A DNA stretch of 56,659 nt, filler included, from Barthelona sp. PAP020 (taxonomy: Eukaryota), in NCBI GenBank assembly GCA_040182905.1. It is 2 parts of 2 records of this genome, joined end to end, with 100 filler letters (N's around TTAATTAATTAA, not from the genome) between each part and the next. Parts side by side here need not be neighbours in the genome. Positions count along the whole stretch, not along the records: positions 28,457 to 56,659 come from JARQWU010000126.1; 1 more part is not named here. The stretch is one strand, 5' to 3'. Below, in pieces: positions 52,101-56,659 of the stretch. The notes beneath the pieces are model-generated. The model was given only the letters and a program-made list of their open reading frames with translations. It searched no databases and was not told the DNA's origin. Both the position numbers and the translations under genes were made by a program. The number at the start of each line of letters is the position of its first letter. The first letter of the stretch is position 1.

Positions 52101-53142
52101 CATGGGATCCTTCAACATTAATCCTTCTGAATCTATTAAAAAATTTTAAAAACAATCTGATTGTCAATAAACAATTTGTGGTGCTCTTAACAAACAAATC
52201 GGAATTGCCACCAAGTTTTTTGGAAAAATCGAGCATTTCAATCAAATACTTTTTAATCAAACAACTGCAATAATCGCTAACTTCATTTAATAAGCTTTTT
52301 AAAAAAACAAAAATCTTTAGATGCAAAACTTCAACAAAATGTTCAGCAATTTTCTTCAATAAAATTACTGAACGCAATTTCAAAGTCAAAGCCTTGGCAA
52401 TATCATCACTATTGCTCAAATAACAATCATTATATACACGTGAAAGCAAAATATCTATTTTACAATAGGTAGACAATAACTCTTTCACTCTCGCTTGCTG
52501 TGAATTGATATTAACTGCAAATTCACTATTGTTGTCAGATAATGTTCGAAACAATTGCTCTCTATTGTGAAACAATATATAAATTTGAGTCAATAGCAAA
52601 ATATGACGACGAATCAATTCGTGTCCTTCTGTAAATGAGTCAGTAGATTCGGGTAATCTCAACATTTCAGACAACAACTGAAAAAATTGTCGGATTGAAG
52701 AATCACTTGGATTTACCAAACAAACTGTCAAATTAAACATGTTTTCTTTTATTGGGGATGAAATCAAAGAATTAAATAATAATTTTTGTTGATCAACTGT
52801 CAATAATTTGGTAACAAACAATGGAATGGAAGAACCTTGACCAATCATATTGTATACAGTTGGAATTTTTGAAATTACTAATTCATTCAAAGACAAAGAT
52901 TTCGAAAACTTTGAAGTTTTTAATATTACTATTCCTACTTTATGGTCTAAAGAAAAGTCGTTCAATGCAACAACCTCGTTATTGACAATATATATATAAC
53001 ATTTAGTTAGAATGGTAGTTTGCAAAAATTGTCCAACAATTTCGATAAATTCTTCTTTTTTTTCTTCAAAAACTTCATTATACAGTCTATAAATTTCTTC
53101 ACATATGTTTAAAATATTGTGTTCATCAGTTTTTTCATTCAT
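37132..53142 (-). CDS. Giant (5336 aa) highly divergent dynein heavy chain-like protein with two IQ motifs
   Basis: Dynein landmarks in the correct order: tail 'FCDRLLDLEEF'; linker 'QCDRFYYLN' (cf. FPRFYFLS); AAA2 'SILLSNGDIVK' (cf. LTLPNGERI); stalk coiled coil with 'LIELRSWNRPIPPLTWVLEA' (cf. ELKSFxxPPxxVxxVMEA); AAA5 'MLYYDPLN..EEFRFYV'; 'EWLNDPEGYMKPLP..FEQLLIYCCINP'. Confidence 0.75.
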   Translation of the reverse strand: MNEKTDEHNILNICEEIYRLYNEVFEEKKEEFIEIVGQFLQTTILTKCYIYIVNNEVVALNDFSLDHKVGIVILKTSKFSKSLSLNELVISKIPTVYNMIGQGSSIPLFVTKLLTVDQQKLLFNSLISSPIKENMFNLTVCLVNPSDSSIRQFFQLLSEMLRLPESTDSFTEGHELIRRHILLLTQIYILFHNREQLFRTLSDNNSEFAVNINSQQARVKELLSTYCKIDILLSRVYNDCYLSNSDDIAKALTLKLRSVILLKKIAEHFVEVLHLKIFVFLKSLLNEVSDYCSCLIKKYLIEMLDFSKKLGGNSDLFVKSTTNCLLTIRLFLKFFNRFRRINVEGSHVSKPLVKFSNILRDRFQLFCDRLLDLEEFCEMSLCFSSFTEISFTVLSSSSTDSDCLSGSLIEHKNPISFINKQMIGLKIHTFTLIKKLLVFLLNESIDIFLITNNGWNENVNNYFTNSSEHLDLLCEYLEVAFEFECSEMKKLQTLLCLFEMTKILHSSKLIVLRKSLFGISAKSFLNLITVSDVMLSALAPHYQKFVDLCGEFIYVQDGDVDVDTKNLIERLKATNVFGPPFVNLLSSLLRYRTAMLAYVNIVKKFFEHLDISDRLYHTFKVEDKYNITKRLIFDGKGSQSLQQDEYEHLSLVQLKDFDNDFKTLLNHTVNQYKTAVETFTTLTSQALKTYEEVYSENAEKLDDYVSAALISIDKPFHYVIPHNYVLMRLIKELMIGKYTLKQYPLTSVFTFLEEESSTFRIDDFHRILSNTNAISSLVNKFTRLITDIQPSIQVLLQNDINEIDNNFKRIATTLKLGSTGLSEFEVSLSALMIQFEQHLNAFKSIFDQVNFMIESFPKFFDFEYPTSYEAMLASVNAKAVLLNDSLRNFSTKVITLLQSAFDVLNLSQGDPIWIEFVQFLNEYLVDKIRKCYFAQCQDFLQLMIGQNLLNGIVTLRGSRIISEPSVSLTLTENGVEEVLRVSKGSRHSSKWGIASSFDGKNQSSDLFGLSASRMAQSSTLANIGKDNKSNRANQQIYLADVFSYLFHTYMSAFDGLTLFSPESTISLATDAKALQDGSTKKKKQGSKDSKSKVDTNVPISGQANSKFDSIIFSESSASRIFECADNDSFASTLNKLVFRANTNLKEYILTLTENYSPLIGLDFVNQSQLLVKTPLVVLNPSARTDLQISFLENISAKERYSIVEESAKIVDKSLKMLESYKVHHQIEFLDLDINPFIKSLTIRAKSAIDTISNAYILINNYIFETFSNFFDKIRSGLQSSSIKERLECAKSFKDCYEVISGRISETRDFVKKLRRISCFSKIFDENLGKFKEIMNESQEVQKLVEEVLSDPQFGKNIYDLFKNTIEETSILSEQFYSKCVEAFVDCETEYETEKEKIWSDDRLIMLGGLQNEYSTIQQTIKHMNSFFSPVGIKEVSFEALEKSSTILSSWGELCSIISAEYSLVSGAFFLDIYIPRFVSDFSNLKKRFDNLSTEMKEKYPRQFKFYKVLKENIDLFEKFQKSPPTSTLWERIFNVKDPKLLTMEAVRSVVSSEEDLAGISSFLKQSTLIEEVDVKYTFLTFKQEHYDIHLRANTPLLKEMERRFNEEVTNIQKRQQEQVEKISKRREQERRQELQKLNRQAMFVLRQIEQREIAAETEQNSLKETIEKMAIKNSKKKEFNRLQSTVCIQAAGRSWLLRQKLKEDEEYIQIIADYEHKKEVDKNITDIQRIWKGFQVRRKDKSSLDVTKTDDDDLFTSGTPAPVSVSGKSVMKAFDGDFIPKFSLICFTDFSLLSGKLTAEVIRTAMDNDLLFTNRVKLLEKDFEYVPFVAEIYAYIKEFENLIKISEFIHTESLYMYLNRLLNILNVCILICYLQLHVDAFVVTLGSLTIDLDLSQSKKLSQVVDHLFTIQNYFSSKIQGVTMNSLANVQYKTDLNGLLNEFIKLSDELSINVLQLSFSQCDRFYYLNRSYLFIIHALFFSIGTNSSDLESFSSSNMGALPLITFFKKIFPLFSTFSIQRGNLTDIGHYSVVPYDHQAVSLAEFLYLDEAEYSSAGTEQTAQSSTYSGASSHRSRVSSATAQMVQSFEMLQLATPIFLGSLDTPAVIINKIVDSYEKAMKEEYHMVNQVIGEFVENRDIDTFFTRLFHFPLGISVFALRTALSRADVLFDQNMMASICYDIYLRFRGGFEANKANKGNHTYLYTLNCEMLSYYLKYRSMEFDEYLRKKDFLSATEKDGESKPLDMSNDVFMEDTELFEIHEAEEQKRDLEIEDFYEKYEKLEDFEKYLSYFPIYPLNYNFDDFSATSVLNSEYLPFKDLQIGFYPIETNRHSSLDSQTYLALKKFLSLSQGESTKLLLVGDFFPQIDDIIHHCVKSLAKEYFMLYGLLQASFDFEKYPETFETVASLAFNIGKALKIVVVLKDLHTLAPQHVKVLNRLCQNHPYPMIFTSTCEIPELKTAVEPFYVRNDQCFEESYTFNKALSKFVASTFPFPYFAAKQLTKYMLLICACGTNLSVEPYYWEKVISFQAAWIESLFNVVTSKWNKKEKDWQDYDNAIKQIMCFVIVSSVRIAFNVHSLNHLTPYNLTGEKELLGFVVSEINPKFGQFFSLYENKMVDYITLKPYTVTHSVAQYTPEDMQNLNDCYTAFTYFDSICLKLGVFEDKPFLTRVFKAFENLLKSRLGANCVVLKVVVSTVQCESFSIIVSNIISELEHQIFEKILIQKFTSVINIYVIVMITQRMTSFIHYIEQYLPQVIKELFMEFFPLITKRTGQAMRLEVKVLLKYDTALSHSGLFLDGYLKRDYNPSSTTRNYLSAKNDITEHYLRNNWAVVNLPKMHFWDPTGLNGIATHPYLASSVQFSRNSKIFYEKFSHLISWPEMSFIAHFLTILKADRRHLIMQGYDPFNMARCCVNAAGAYMACTFHERYVNYDPVLIYLFACFTIPAAGFRLNQQQTQVFIADCNEVMKKYVPRILEKVPNQDMYFFWEHLPEPFDPDGRWYLHSDVRPAEILQDMVLKDVNLWELLLINGENITFDYGVRNSSGLGFNLAPVRIVLHSAITIDVFMQDLLKNVVKYSNDTYGPPNPRTRVILWVSHTELASDVIIDVIIRISNKESILLSNGDIVKFHNLFVYCTGDYDVNNENPPSLVYDSHVITLNEACLVDYWLGFNSKNAVFKPIFESWANKVDDSITKTVVDCVDNILSRLEVSLVQTVDAPFKLFSEEDRMMFVQLLSENPPNMHCTLKEIHDFVMFIFYSMFNIRLVDETSKKILIETMTNASRTFFGTNMEVTPQTIAQTVFIHQDLSEYLIIAEEFRTKKKHFLNYEAKMGVFVPVLNYSIFRRRIFKILYDLIQSNFYLSQTFLFQILVFGMFFLIDTSVFMFETISERTTKAEYEIIMKFFETTHKSFKIKRVAAGSSFMANLNHFTSFDRYLVIEISKDVFKEYIELTPENIGRLFQVVNTTYKNSFGAIALHEQFKNSGMTFTEEIIKNTSESTVKGPEFFSKMVKQRIKIVIFAGGDIISDPLKFVSVASILAKSLRVRKSADNEKNAIYFVSDIMLAYHHKLKHMIENNEIPAKILKSVNLNILESLLSPLERDLICFHLGLSWYQTTKYLYTIIDCHSKSIDGFGEAFFNITENVHGKFIFNERRGQHYIEDFYRFLVNGTVVEFQHVKHIEKCIKFIFHVDKEIVSLRSSVSHSEQAYNQAIDNSKDAISQLGIEQHKYMELSDQLKDYSIEFNKYKEEHDNAVQELNAVQDTLNSIMKREKELLQNIFNLAYSPSEEALIELRSWNRPIPPLTWVLEAWYCLTSNNAKTSDSTALLRRFKSSVTNLSLLSGQAQQVSYNLLTEDCINVVRARLVEISQVSLNNKVLELMANWMTLIIEEWKHSRPLKDLQNHESTIKSQVDVTKARVLQAEQRLKDGGKKIEVLRQQLYGFSITKFTSEDNTNDEQEKMNKLEDISVVLSKFSGAWHEQLALFQGGSSSNDTEHHFLNQSKIKEMSANVEDMKKSDFVLSPITSASLLSFIINMQLQVSPVFSEEQCLMFVLKDLVKRRLLPEYYLTHPEKLVIPLTKRFNSIDNTKFQIKEGVLPSMEELAFHFRDDFERKSISRTKSMSHGQTSSVLEQDIFDIVSDEHDINEVSEEMFSDIDSDGTFSGTESKTDSNEDESESDGESTKATEDMLNFQQSEADSDNDSLHEDDDGFNFIDSDEESDNLIYDSDNSDPAYSSKKDSGTTGLGQDRANASGQFLEEQSIVESSVGETQLSYLEASYGSLAKLPYKYRNISLVEASLTGFDKFIPISLTHYKSMLYYDPLNILQDLVKMFGLPIHVYSYSDPKIAKKIFELCKKPCVVVVKDINNDDKDHVPAIFQLIKAFYSTNELSHKIHEEFRFYVECHASIYDKELIYDDVLYDLPFIDLSLRQESITNLIMFETYKNDQPKMIEYYIQLCQAEAYLLEMSTDYEQKVLKTVSKIPLKIDDIPDDIPKTLLSLRDLIDENNELLVQCRQSLKVLKKLISMSTPLVELCGVITSTLVFYGRMYELFYLAPDLLSVRNAFIRLTNKLQGPVIEELQALDVSQQAKHELGLKFINDFLTIQLPKLGDYRRRHSFAMLLAAFLDIFGIKELSCVDELLKDKIVSLEDLLPYLSSEAVGEINVILRESPVLLNEWLNDPEGYMKPLPGISQMNSFEQLLIYCCINPSSFSNAFECYISDTLQWKVLTSSSDSHHFFYPIRIDGVFEKEEFIFRISGVTCIAVPFHFKDSISENAVYLDPTIPILDWKLPKDAHTLVVPNVESHIKFALFVMDKKSSFQKVILLSSSNNVESIPSVLFKHAIAELNVLQFALPCYNYAFEISFKSLFYNALAVAVRNIPMVTPAKPVILAVFFYSICKVVNAYETYQVVNPVIIDHMSAVMVDCWSTENLDKFGDLIVDLVYQNFTVSKQLNQFLRIFSSLILDAKEYLFNSPNLLPVPEDSLVIKDLRPWLQKYDQQFDYTIDYIKTTFVKTNITSTQTKQYNNMFFSLFRLFTQFDQNDMAELIKLKMTQVVQRFDEKVHQPIKYQSCALDHDKSLMSAYLKSEIIKSDNVRRMVFHDLRKLENSLNAVISPYYIPAFFLNLLLFANISPFYWTRMIDGQCWNNMAPNIYDESITSVMINYDNFGTVPDVLEMKTDFFNKLFVALKDENRHLALLKHLKNLSVHSKVFGDTLGSFLFTFQASAMNSLRVHNIKDVHLILVPEGFTPPKNTSLLTCIEGMILLQTVLLNSPFENEMGFLSYNYFDSTTLDFQIRVCVSDVLNTFPSVPCVTTVPFLQLRLCGFNIESQTGFENSIVIKYT

Positions 53143-53685
53143 TAATAAGAATTAATTATAAAAAAAAAAAATTTGAGTTCTTTTTTTTTAAAAAAGACTT
53201 TTTCTCAAAACTCCTAGAAATTGAGTAAAATTCTTGAAACAATAAGTAAATTATATTCATTTAACTTTTTTGAATTCGAATTTCGTGAATTTTCAAGAAG
53301 ATGATATTTTTGATTTCTCTTTCTGCAAATACAAAGAAAAAATCACAGATAGCTTCAACATTTTATAAATTTAGGGAGATTAATTTTGGAAACTATTCAA
53401 ATATTGTTTTTCACCCGACATTTTTCCATATTCATTTCATCTGAAGCATTTTATTTTGTTTTACAGGTCAAAAATTCTCAATTGGAAATAAGATTTCAGA
53501 AAATTACTTGTTTTGGATTCATTCAACATTACTTACAAATTAAGGAGATTAATTTGTCATCTGCTTGACAACTTTAAGAGAAAATTTTTCAAAATCAATT
53601 GATATAAATGGTTGCTTTAAAATGAGATTTTGAATTTCTTTTTTTACATTTCTAAAAAATCCAAACTATTTGGAAACATGTGCAA

Positions 53686-55254
53686 ATGAGTGAAAGTGTA
53701 TCAAATTTATCATCAATAGAGAACCATTTTCAAAATAATTCCAAAAGAAAAATGATTGATTTTGATAGTTTAAAGTTTAATTCGTTTAATTTGAATGATG
53801 TAGATAATTTATTTGAGGGTATGAATACACCTGCGATAGTCGTAAGTAAAACTGCGAAAAAAAGGGTGTTAAATGAAAATTATGATTTATCTTCAACTAA
53901 AAATAACAGAAAAATAAAAACCCATGTTGTAAATGATCAAATGTTAAGAGAAATTGAGGCGTCAAATGGTTATGTTGATTTATTAATTAATCAAGATCGT
54001 CTATTTGAAGATATTTTAACAAAGACTGAATTAGGTTCAAAAAATGAAAAAAAAAAGAGTAACACGAACAAATTGAATCAGAGCATTCAAACAAAACTGT
54101 CAAATACACACAAAACTTCTCAAAATAAAATGTTTAATCATTTACGAACAAATGATTTTGAAAAATTACGGAAGATACAATCAGAAAAGTTGGAAAACCT
54201 TAATGAAAATTATCGTAGTGAATTAAGAAGTTTAAAAGAGAGCATAAATGGAGCATCAGTGAAAATGAGTGATTTAGCTGATAGTAATCGAGAATTTGAA
54301 TCTGAAAAGGAACAATTATTGTACACAAAGAGTTTGTTAAAGGAAAAATTGCGAAGACAACATCTCAGATTGGTTGATCAAGAACGTCGTTTGAGAATTT
54401 TTGAGCAAACTAAACCAATTTTTTCTAAATTAAAGGAAAAATTTAATTTTAAAGATCCAAAGGAGGTCATCACAAGGTTAGAAGATTTGGAAAGTTCACA
54501 TCGTGAAAGCTATTCAAAATTACTTGAAATAACTGCAAAATATAACAAGCTTCAAAAAGAATATTCAGATTTGAAAAGTGACTTCGACATTCAAAATCAC
54601 CGTGAAATTTTAGACATGACAAGAAAATGGCAAGAAAATGAAGAACTCAAGCAAGATTTGGAAAGAAATGTCCAAAATCAACGCTTGGTGATTGACCGCT
54701 TCAAAGATGAACAAAGCAAATCAAGAGACATGTATTTTGGATTGATTGATAGGTGGAGTCAATGGAAAGATAAAATTGAACAATGGTCTGATTCATCAAT
54801 AACGACTACAAATAATATTAATAAATTGGATCTCTCTGATCCTTTGATGGTTCTTGACAGTTTAAATTTGATGATAAATAGCGCTTCCCCAACAAAGGCT
54901 GGAATTCTGGTGAGAGAATTCTCAGGGACATGTAATATGTTGTGGTCTCGTTTTTTAAGAGATCATCCATCTATCAGAGGAAAACCTATAAAAATTCTGC
55001 AGATATTTATTCAAAAATTTGATGAACAATCAAAAATGGTTTCAAAGCGAATTGAAGAATTATCTTTAAAGGAAAACGCATTGAAGGAACTTCAGGAGGA
55101 AAACGATAAATTAAATGGAATTTTAAAGATGTATGAAGAAAAAGAAAATGAAAAGAAATCTTTATATGACAACCGTAACACAGATACATTTGGCAATATC
55201 TCAAACAAACCATCTGCAACGTTTATGATGACACCAAGAAACTTAAACCTTTGA
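53686..55254 (+). CDS. Coiled-coil protein, weakly CCDC42/CFAP73-like
   Basis: Extended heptad pattern; 'FKDPKEVITRLEDLESSH' loosely recalls the CCDC42/CFAP73 family. ATG at 53686; the track start is GTG. Confidence 0.5.
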   Translation: MSESVSNLSSIENHFQNNSKRKMIDFDSLKFNSFNLNDVDNLFEGMNTPAIVVSKTAKKRVLNENYDLSSTKNNRKIKTHVVNDQMLREIEASNGYVDLLINQDRLFEDILTKTELGSKNEKKKSNTNKLNQSIQTKLSNTHKTSQNKMFNHLRTNDFEKLRKIQSEKLENLNENYRSELRSLKESINGASVKMSDLADSNREFESEKEQLLYTKSLLKEKLRRQHLRLVDQERRLRIFEQTKPIFSKLKEKFNFKDPKEVITRLEDLESSHRESYSKLLEITAKYNKLQKEYSDLKSDFDIQNHREILDMTRKWQENEELKQDLERNVQNQRLVIDRFKDEQSKSRDMYFGLIDRWSQWKDKIEQWSDSSITTTNNINKLDLSDPLMVLDSLNLMINSASPTKAGILVREFSGTCNMLWSRFLRDHPSIRGKPIKILQIFIQKFDEQSKMVSKRIEELSLKENALKELQEENDKLNGILKMYEEKENEKKSLYDNRNTDTFGNISNKPSATFMMTPRNLNL

Positions 55255-55430
55255 AATGACATGTTTCATTTTCTTTTAGTCTTTTATTTTTCTTATTTAT
55301 ATGTATAAATTTGTAATTGAATTTGTTTTTATATCAATAATGCAATTGGATTTGATATCGAAAAAGAACCGTCATTTCATTTACAATATCTCCTGTTGAA
55401 ACTTTTTTTTTTTACCAAAATATTCAAAAT

Positions 55431-56242
55431 ATGGCTTCTATTGGTGCTGGTGTATTAAAGATATTTATATATATAATCTAACAATAGTTTGATTTAGATC
55501 CTACAACGATTTCTCCTGATGGCAGAATTTTTCAAGTCGAATATGCCATGAAAGCTGTTGATAGATCAGGGTAATTTATTTTATTTGATATCCTATACTA
55601 ATTTTCAGAACAACCATTGGAATTAACACAAAGGATGGTGTTGTTATTGGAGTTGAAAAAAAACTCCCTTCAAAAGCTATTATCCCTCAATCAAATCACA
55701 GGATATTTTTAGTTGATGAACATATTGGTGTTGCAACTGTTGGTATTGCTGGTGATGGTATGAAACTTGTTGATCATGTAAGAGATGAAATTGAAAATTG
55801 GAGAGAACAATACGGAACTAAACCTCCAGTTGATCAAATGGCAGGAAGGTTAGCTTTAGAAATGCATCAAAATACGTTGTATGGTGCCTACAGACCATAT
55901 GGTTCGTCTATTTTATTAGCTGGACATTATGATGGTAAAACTGAATTATACGGTATACATCCTTCTGGCAATGTTTTAAGATACTTTGGAATTGCATTGG
56001 GAAAACAAATGAATCAAGCAAAAACAGAAATTGAAAAATTGAATTTAAAAGAACTATCTCTTGCAGAAGGTTTAAAAGAAACTTGCAGAATCTTATTGGT
56101 GTGTCGTGATGAAACTCAAACTTCCACTGTGTTTGAATTAGAATTTGGTTTTATTGATCATGATGGAAAATTCACCATTTTAAATGAACAAGAGACAAAT
56201 GATTTAATAGAATCAATTGATATTGATGCGATGGAAAACTGA
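55431..56242 (+). CDS. PSMA3: 20S proteasome subunit alpha-7 (PSMA3/Pre10); exons 55431-55451, 55488-55570, 55609-56242; 245 aa
   Basis: Spliced translation MASIGAG|FDLDPTTISPDGRIFQVEYAMKAVDRSG|TTIGINTKDGVVIGVEKK..., in frame with the track ORF at 55760; 'HQNTLYGAYRPYG'; 'AKTEIEKL'. Confidence 0.93.
55452..55487 (+). other. Spliceosomal intron 1 of PSMA3 (36 nt)
   Basis: GTATTA...TCTAACAATAG; contains an in-frame TAA, and removal restores the conserved N-terminus. Confidence 0.9.
55571..55608 (+). other. Spliceosomal intron 2 of PSMA3 (38 nt)
   Basis: GTAATT...ACTAATTTTCAG; removal restores the frame. Confidence 0.9.
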
Positions 56243-56491
56243 TGTAAATTGACAAAAATATTTTTTTTTGTTAAATCTTTTTGTTGGAGATTTCCCAGTC
56301 GATTTAAATGTTTTCAAAAGGGAGATTTATTTTCACAGATCCACAATTTCTTATAAAGTGTAATGGTACACAAAAGAGTCTAAAAACACTATCTTCTTTT
56401 GTGGTAACTATTTTGTCGAATGATTATTAACTTTTTTTTAGGCAAATAAACAGAAGAATGAAAAAAATAAAATATAACGATTTATATAAGA

Positions 56492-56659
56492 CTACGCTTC
56501 AGACTTCACTGTATTTTCTGTATTTTTTTGCTTATTTTCCTTCTTCTCTGTCTTTGCTTTCTTTTTACCATCATTCTTAGGTTCAATTGAAGACATAGTA
56601 GGGAAAAGCATAACTTCCTTGATGTTGAAGTTATTTGTCATTATCATCACCAAACGATC
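56492..56659 (-). CDS. KARS: Lysyl-tRNA synthetase (class II) C-terminal fragment, extends beyond window; missed by ORF track
   Basis: Manual translation DRLVMIMTNNFNIKEVMLFPTMSSIEPK...KSEA* matches motif 3 'IDRLxMxLTxxxNIKEVLLFPxM'. Confidence 0.85.
   Translation of the reverse strand, partial: DRLVMIMTNNFNIKEVMLFPTMSSIEPKNDGKKKAKTEKKENKQKNTENTVKSEA

Noticed and set aside
1..56659. Prokaryotic origin of the window; tRNA/rRNA genes, CRISPR arrays, transposases
   Set aside because: Spliceosomal introns and eukaryote-specific genes argue against a prokaryote. No cloverleaf, rRNA-like GC-rich block, repeat-spacer array or transposase motif was seen by eye; small ncRNAs cannot be excluded.

Overview
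AT-rich, gene-dense, almost intron-free eukaryotic DNA in the standard genetic code. The gene content (PFO, flavodiiron protein, NAR1, ALG1, PIG-F-like, ELM2-SANT, proteasome alpha7 with two tiny GT-AG introns, dynein-like giant) points to an anaerobic flagellated protist; a metamonad-like lineage is my inference. The window is two contigs joined by an artificial 100-nt N/TTAATTAATTAA spacer (28357-28456). The standout is a single 1847-aa ORF fusing a complete pyruvate:ferredoxin oxidoreductase to a CPR/PNO-type flavodoxin and then to a complete flavodiiron protein with all diiron ligands intact. This is a candidate one-polypeptide pyruvate:O2/NO oxidoreductase, and it sits head-to-head with the CIA Fe-S factor NAR1. 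Other notable items: a degenerate bacterial-type hybrid sensor (pseudo)kinase, a 5336-aa dynein heavy chain-like protein with no recognisable P-loops and two inserted IQ motifs, and several bacterial-like genes (LplA, OYE, HD hydrolase). Family calls come from motif recognition by eye, with no database search. Several ORF-track starts (TTG/GTG or UTR-like leaders) were moved to the more plausible ATG.
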